Shown: piece by piece, positions 62,260-64,000 of the stretch
How the letters are laid out: each line of letters opens with the position of its first letter
How positions within the stretch are numbered: the stretch's first letter is position 1
The notes under the pieces: generated by a model
Told to the model about the DNA's origin: nothing
The model's input: the letters and a program-made list of their open reading frames with translations, nothing else
Databases searched by the model: none
Assembly: GCA_001917905.1 (NCBI GenBank)
Contig: MNEX01000136.1
Location: forward strand, 10,711-74,710
From: Acidobacteria bacterium 13_1_40CM_65_14
GTDB lineage: Bacteria > Acidobacteriota > Vicinamibacteria > Vicinamibacterales > CAVVIG01
DNA length: 64,000 nucleotides
Direction of reading: 5' to 3'
Program-made: the position numbers and the translations under genes

Positions 62260-63442
62260 TGTACACGAGCTGCCCGCCGATGTACGTTTGGACGACTGAA
62301 AACATCGCGTCCAGGATGACCAGATCGGCGGCTGCCTCGGGCGCGAGCACGCCGTGACCGACGAGCCCGAGCTCGCGCGCCGGCGTCGTCGCGCAGAGCG
62401 TCACGGCGTCGATGAGCGAGAGACCGATCCGCCCCACCAGCGTCTGAAACGCGCCCTCCATCGTCAGCGTGCTGCCGGCGAGCGTCCCGTCGTCGAGCAT
62501 CGCGGCCGAGGAGCCGGCGGTGATCGTCTGGCCGCCGAGCCGTGCGCGCGACCCGACCGGTAGACCGGAGACCGCCGTCCCGTCCGTAATGGCCAACACA
62601 CGCGCGGGGTGCTTGGCGGCGATGGCGGTGCGCACCATGGCCGGATGCACGTGATAGGCGTCGCAGATGATTTCCGCCGCAATCTCGTCGCTCTGCAGGA
62701 CGGCGCCCGCGAGCCCCGGCGCCCGATGACCAAGCGGCGGCATGCGATTGAAGAGATGCGTGGCATGCTTCGCGCCCGCGCCGATCGCTTCGAGCGCCTG
62801 ATCGTAGGTGGCCGCCGAGTGCCCGAGCGAGACTCGCGAAATTCGCGCCGCGAGCCATCGAATCAGTTCGAGTCCGCCGTCCAGCTCCGGCGCGACGGTG
62901 ACGATGCCGACGTCGGGTGCGGCGCGCTCGATCTCGCGAAGGATGTCGACCGCGGTGAACTCGCCGTCTGGACGCGAATCCTCAGTCGGCGCGCGCAGGC
63001 AGCGCGGCGGCTGCGCGCCCGCGTATGCCGGATTGATGAAGTTGCTCTCGAGATGCGCCGGCAGCACGCGCGCACCACGCGGCTCGGGATTCTGGCGCGC
63101 GCGCCGCACCTGATCGAGCACGCGACGCAGAGCCTCCGGTGCGCACGCGACGGTCGTCGGACAGAACGCCGAGACGCCGTAGCGCGGGAGCTCGGCGGCG
63201 ATCTTCGCGATCGAGTCCCCGCCGGGCCGATCGTCGAGCGTGTCGATGCCGTCGACGCCGTGGACGTGCACGTCGATGAACCCCGGCACGATGTAGTGGT
63301 CGTGGAACGCGAAGTGCGAGTGCGATCCGACCGACGGCGCATCGGGCCGAATCTCGGCGATGCGCCCGTTTTCGACGACGAGCGTCCCGGGTGAGAGGAT
63401 GCGGTCGGGCAGCACCAGCGCGGCGCCCGACAGGACGATCAC
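62243..63442 (-). CDS. nagA: N-acetylglucosamine-6-phosphate deacetylase NagA
   Basis: GTG start gives VIVLSGAALVLPDRIL...PGFIDVHVHG ... LGHSAATY ... THLFNRMPPLGHR ... DAYHVHP. Confidence 0.88.
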   Translation of the reverse strand: MIVLSGAALVLPDRILSPGTLVVENGRIAEIRPDAPSVGSHSHFAFHDHYIVPGFIDVHVHGVDGIDTLDDRPGGDSIAKIAAELPRYGVSAFCPTTVACAPEALRRVLDQVRRARQNPEPRGARVLPAHLESNFINPAYAGAQPPRCLRAPTEDSRPDGEFTAVDILREIERAAPDVGIVTVAPELDGGLELIRWLAARISRVSLGHSAATYDQALEAIGAGAKHATHLFNRMPPLGHRAPGLAGAVLQSDEIAAEIICDAYHVHPAMVRTAIAAKHPARVLAITDGTAVSGLPVGSRARLGGQTITAGSSAAMLDDGTLAGSTLTMEGAFQTLVGRIGLSLIDAVTLCATTPARELGLVGHGVLAPEAAADLVILDAMFSVVQTYIGGQLVYTRTEN

Positions 63443-64000
63443 TGGAGCGCCGCGGCGGCGAGACGCGCCGCACCGATGGCAGGCGCTTCGTCGCCGAGCG
63501 CCGCCGGGACGATCGCGAGCGCGTCCATCATCGCGCGCGGCAGCCGGCGCGCGATTTCCGCGCGCAGCAGCTCGAGCAGCAGATCGCCGGCGGACGCCAT
63601 GATGCCGCCGAGCACGAGCATGTCGGGATCGGCGACGACCACGAGATTGGCCGCCGCCATGCCGAGGTACTTCGCCGTATCGCGCACAACCGAAATCGAC
63701 ACGCCGTCGCGCTGGCGCGCGGCGTCGAGCACGTGGTCGATGGTGATGCGCGAGAGATCGTCCTCGACGATCTCCTGGATGCGCGACCGATCGCCCGACT
63801 TGATGCGCCAGATCAGGCGGCGCACGATGCCGGCGGCGGCGACTTCGGCCTCGAGGCAGCCCATCTTGCGATAGTCCTCGCGCTCGACCGGGTTGAGCGC
63901 GAGCCACGCCACCGACCCCGCGCGTCGGCGCGTCCCGGTCATCGGCGCGCCGCCCCGAATGATGCCGCCCGTCGTGTGTTCCCCGACTGCGAAGTAGACA
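63439..64000 (-). CDS. ROK-family sugar kinase/regulator (5' end outside window)
   Basis: ...LVLGGIMASAGDLLLELLRAEI...PAALGDEAPAIGAA, a typical ROK C-terminus. The frame stays open to the window edge. GTGA overlap with nagA. Confidence 0.75.
   Translation of the reverse strand, partial: VYFAVGEHTTGGIIRGGAPMTGTRRRAGSVAWLALNPVEREDYRKMGCLEAEVAAAGIVRRLIWRIKSGDRSRIQEIVEDDLSRITIDHVLDAARQRDGVSISVVRDTAKYLGMAAANLVVVADPDMLVLGGIMASAGDLLLELLRAEIARRLPRAMMDALAIVPAALGDEAPAIGAARLAAAALQ

Overview
No tools were used. All calls come from reading the ORF translations and the DNA. This is a high-G+C chromosomal segment (roughly two thirds G+C by eye, not computed) from a diderm bacterium. It is almost fully coding on both strands. 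I saw no rRNA, tRNA, transposase, integrase or CRISPR array.

Gene content, left to right:
- ybaB (partial), dnaX, and the SRP (4.5S) RNA upstream of dnaX.
- Fe/Mn superoxide dismutase, nadA, a futalosine-pathway radical-SAM enzyme, and YjbQ.
- A B12 uptake locus led by a cobalamin riboswitch: TonB-dependent receptor, BtuCDF-type ABC transporter, two DUF71/Dph6-like PP-loop ATPases, and a BtuF-like protein without a signal peptide.
- A complete ISC operon (iscR-S-U-A, hscB-A, fdx, iscX).
- CysM, a JAMM protease, and a single ORF fusing a CysO/ThiS-like domain to MoeZ and rhodanese.
- ICMT-like methyltransferase, AlkA-like glycosylase, SIMPL, FGE-like protein, and an aminotransferase.
- A glutaredoxin-like gene with an in-frame TGA at the first CxxC cysteine (candidate selenoprotein).
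- A family III CoA-transferase carrying an in-frame 3 x 42 bp repeat.
- A degenerate PilT-like protein, UbiE/MenG, and a DtxR-family repressor.
- A porin / CuA-like cupredoxin / di-haem operon, a MetA-like outer membrane protein, and CzcCBA.
- A gas-vesicle (gvp) cluster of about 8.6 kb.
- HAD phosphatase, queD/queC, an M16 peptidase pair, DUF4097, nagA, and ROK (partial).

The best candidate for an undescribed system is the gvp cluster at 46.5-55.2 kb. Its order is gvpJ - gvpA - histidine kinase - receiver - gvpF (frameshifted) - gvpG - tandem ArsA/Get3-like ATPase - gvpL - gvpS-like - gvpK. It has no GvpN, GvpO or GvpC in the window. Instead it carries a fused double Get3-like ATPase with a CxxC in each half, plus its own two-component pair.

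The second theme is an unusual density of small structured repeats:
- About 20 intergenic hairpins whose arms are short tandem 7-9 nt units. The unit sequence differs between loci.
- A GC-rich GGGGCCCC / CCCCACC-type palindromic family. Copies lie just upstream of start codons, form two composite arrays in inverted orientation, and occur in frame inside several genes (hscB, the ArsA-like gene, the CoA-transferase).

Start codons are often uncertain. The ORF track extends to the furthest ATG/GTG/TTG, and long antisense ORFs are common at this G+C.
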